Assembly (NCBI GenBank): GCA_036782855.1 | Contig: DAIPYF010000004.1 | Span: 1 to 32,875 of the forward strand | Source: Solirubrobacteraceae bacterium | Lineage (GTDB): Bacteria; Actinomycetota; Thermoleophilia; Solirubrobacterales; Solirubrobacteraceae | DNA length: 32,875 bases | Direction of reading: 5' to 3' | Part shown: positions 31,464-32,875 of the stretch, one piece after another | Numbering within the stretch: the first letter of the stretch is position 1 | How the letters are laid out: each line of letters opens with the position of its first letter | Position numbers and translations under genes: made by a program | The notes under the pieces: generated by a model | What the model saw: the letters and a program-made list of their open reading frames with translations, nothing else | What the model was told of the DNA's origin: nothing | The model's database searches: none

Positions 31464-32770
31464 CCCTCGCGATCACCGCGGCGATCGACACGGGCGACAC
31501 CGCCTGGATGCTCGCCGCGACGGCGCTCGTCCTCCTCATGACCCCCGCACTCGGCCTGTTCTACGCCGGGCTGGTGCGCTCGAAGAACACGCTGAACACG
31601 TTCATGATGTGCATCGCGGCGCTCGCGATCGCGCTCATCACCTGGGTGGTCATCGGGTACTCGCTCGCGTTCGGCGGCGACGGCCCGATCATCGGCGGCC
31701 TCGGGCACGCGTTCCTCCAGGACGTCACGCTCGAGCCGCGCGACGGGCAGACGATCCCGCACCTGCTGTTCATGGCCTTCCAGGCGACGTTCTGCATCGT
31801 CACGACCGCGCTCGTGTCGGGCGCGGTCGTGGAGCGGATGCGCTTCGGCCCGTTCCTCGTCTTCTCCGCGCTGTGGTCGGTGCTCGTCTACGCGGTGCTC
31901 GCGCACTGGGCGTTCGGCGGCGGCTGGCTCATGGAGGGCGGCACGCTCGACTTCGCCGGCGGCGTGCCGGTCGAGATGGCGTCCGGCTTCTCCGCGCTCG
32001 CGGCGGCGCTCGTCGTCGGCGCGCGCAAGGACTACGGGCGGCAGGCGCTGCTGCCGCACAACGCGATCTACGTCCTGCTCGGTGCCGGCCTCCTGTGGTT
32101 CGGCTGGTTCGGCTTCAACGGCGGCAGCGGGCTGACCGCGAGCGGCGTGAGCGTGCTCGCGTTCGTCAACACGCTCATCACGCCGGCGTTCGCGCTCGCG
32201 ACGTGGTTCGTGCTCGACCTGCTGCGCGCGCGCAAGGTGACGGCGATCGGCGCGGCCACCGCGATCATCGTCGGCTGCGTGGGCATCACGCCGGCGGCCG
32301 GCTACATCAGCCCGGGGTGGGCGATGGCGCTCGGCGTCGTGGCGGCGCTCCCGAGCTACGCGATCATCATGTGGCGGCCGCGCACGCACGTCGACGAGAC
32401 GCTCGACGTCCTCGGCGCGCACGGCGTCGCCGGGCTCACCGGGATGCTGTTCCTCGGGCTCGTCGCGCAGGTCGGCTGGAACGGCGGCCTCGGGGACGGG
32501 CTCCTGTACGGCGACGCGAACCAGTTCCTCTGGCAGCTGATCGCCGTGATCGCGGCGCCCGTCTACGCGTTCGGTATGACGTTCGCCCTGCTCAAGCTCA
32601 TCGGGGCGTTCGCGCCGCTGCGCGTGAGCGAGCGCGACGAGGCGCTCGGGCTCGACGTCGTCAGTCACGGCGAGGAGGCCTATGTCACCGGCGAGGGCGC
32701 GCTGCTGCTCGAGCCGGACGAGATCTGGGCCGAGCGCCGGGCGGCGCCCGAGCCGGCGGGCGCGGGGTAG
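31460..32770 (+). CDS. amt: Ammonium transporter (Amt family)
   Basis: 436 aa. GDTAWMLAATALVLLMTPALGLFYAGLVRSKN, LDFAGGVPVEMASGFSALAAALVVGARK, WFGWFGFNGGS and VLGAHGVAGLTGMLFLGL are canonical Amt blocks. Confidence 0.92.
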   Translation: MTLAITAAIDTGDTAWMLAATALVLLMTPALGLFYAGLVRSKNTLNTFMMCIAALAIALITWVVIGYSLAFGGDGPIIGGLGHAFLQDVTLEPRDGQTIPHLLFMAFQATFCIVTTALVSGAVVERMRFGPFLVFSALWSVLVYAVLAHWAFGGGWLMEGGTLDFAGGVPVEMASGFSALAAALVVGARKDYGRQALLPHNAIYVLLGAGLLWFGWFGFNGGSGLTASGVSVLAFVNTLITPAFALATWFVLDLLRARKVTAIGAATAIIVGCVGITPAAGYISPGWAMALGVVAALPSYAIIMWRPRTHVDETLDVLGAHGVAGLTGMLFLGLVAQVGWNGGLGDGLLYGDANQFLWQLIAVIAAPVYAFGMTFALLKLIGAFAPLRVSERDEALGLDVVSHGEEAYVTGEGALLLEPDEIWAERRAAPEPAGAG

Positions 32771-32875
32771 GCACCGCGGGCCCCCGAACCCCGGCCGTCC
32801 CGGCTGTAGCATCGCGGCGGTGCCCCTGCCCTCGTGGATGATCGGTCAGGAGGCCCACCCGCTGCCACCGCTCGC

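Noticed and set aside
32838-32875. Possible start of another gene (ATG 32838: MIGQEAHPLPPL...) at the window end
   Set aside because: Only 12 codons are visible, with no clear RBS, so it cannot be supported.

Overview
This is a very GC-rich window, roughly 70% or more by eye, with dense GTG/ATG-initiated genes. That style fits an Actinomycetota-type chromosome, possibly Thermoleophilia/Solirubrobacterales, but that is only a guess from the protein style. I support about 31 protein-coding genes. Most long Arg/Pro/Gly-rich ORFs in the track are shadow frames. Recognisable core genes are acs (partial, missing from the track), purT, rnj, bcp, an Fpg/Nei glycosylase, a principal-like sigma-70 factor and glnK-amt. 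The rest includes two CBS-pair proteins, an L,D-transpeptidase, a CPA2 antiporter, an ArsB/NhaD-type permease, a HAD hydrolase, a WS/DGAT acyltransferase and a Tat-lipoprotein flavin amine oxidase. A TetR gene sits divergent from an operon of FAD-monooxygenase, C-N hydrolase and SAM-methyltransferase. I found no rRNA, tRNA, CRISPR array, transposase or integrase. The items most worth a second look are listed here. (1) Three near-identical head-to-tail 58-bp structured repeats lie between the convergent secreted-protein and sigma-factor genes. Their single-stranded 10-mer CTTGAGACTC recurs next to a hairpin in the rnj leader. (2) An AT-rich promoter/operator island (about one-third G+C) drives a two-gene cassette of unknown function whose products share an N-terminal motif. 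(3) An orphan D12/Dam-class DNA adenine methyltransferase heads an operon with an antiporter and a HAD hydrolase. (4) Two enzyme-fold proteins appear to lack their catalytic nucleophiles. (5) Two large secreted proteins, one repeat-rich and one Cys-rich, have no recognisable family. All functional calls come from motif recognition by eye; no database search was possible.
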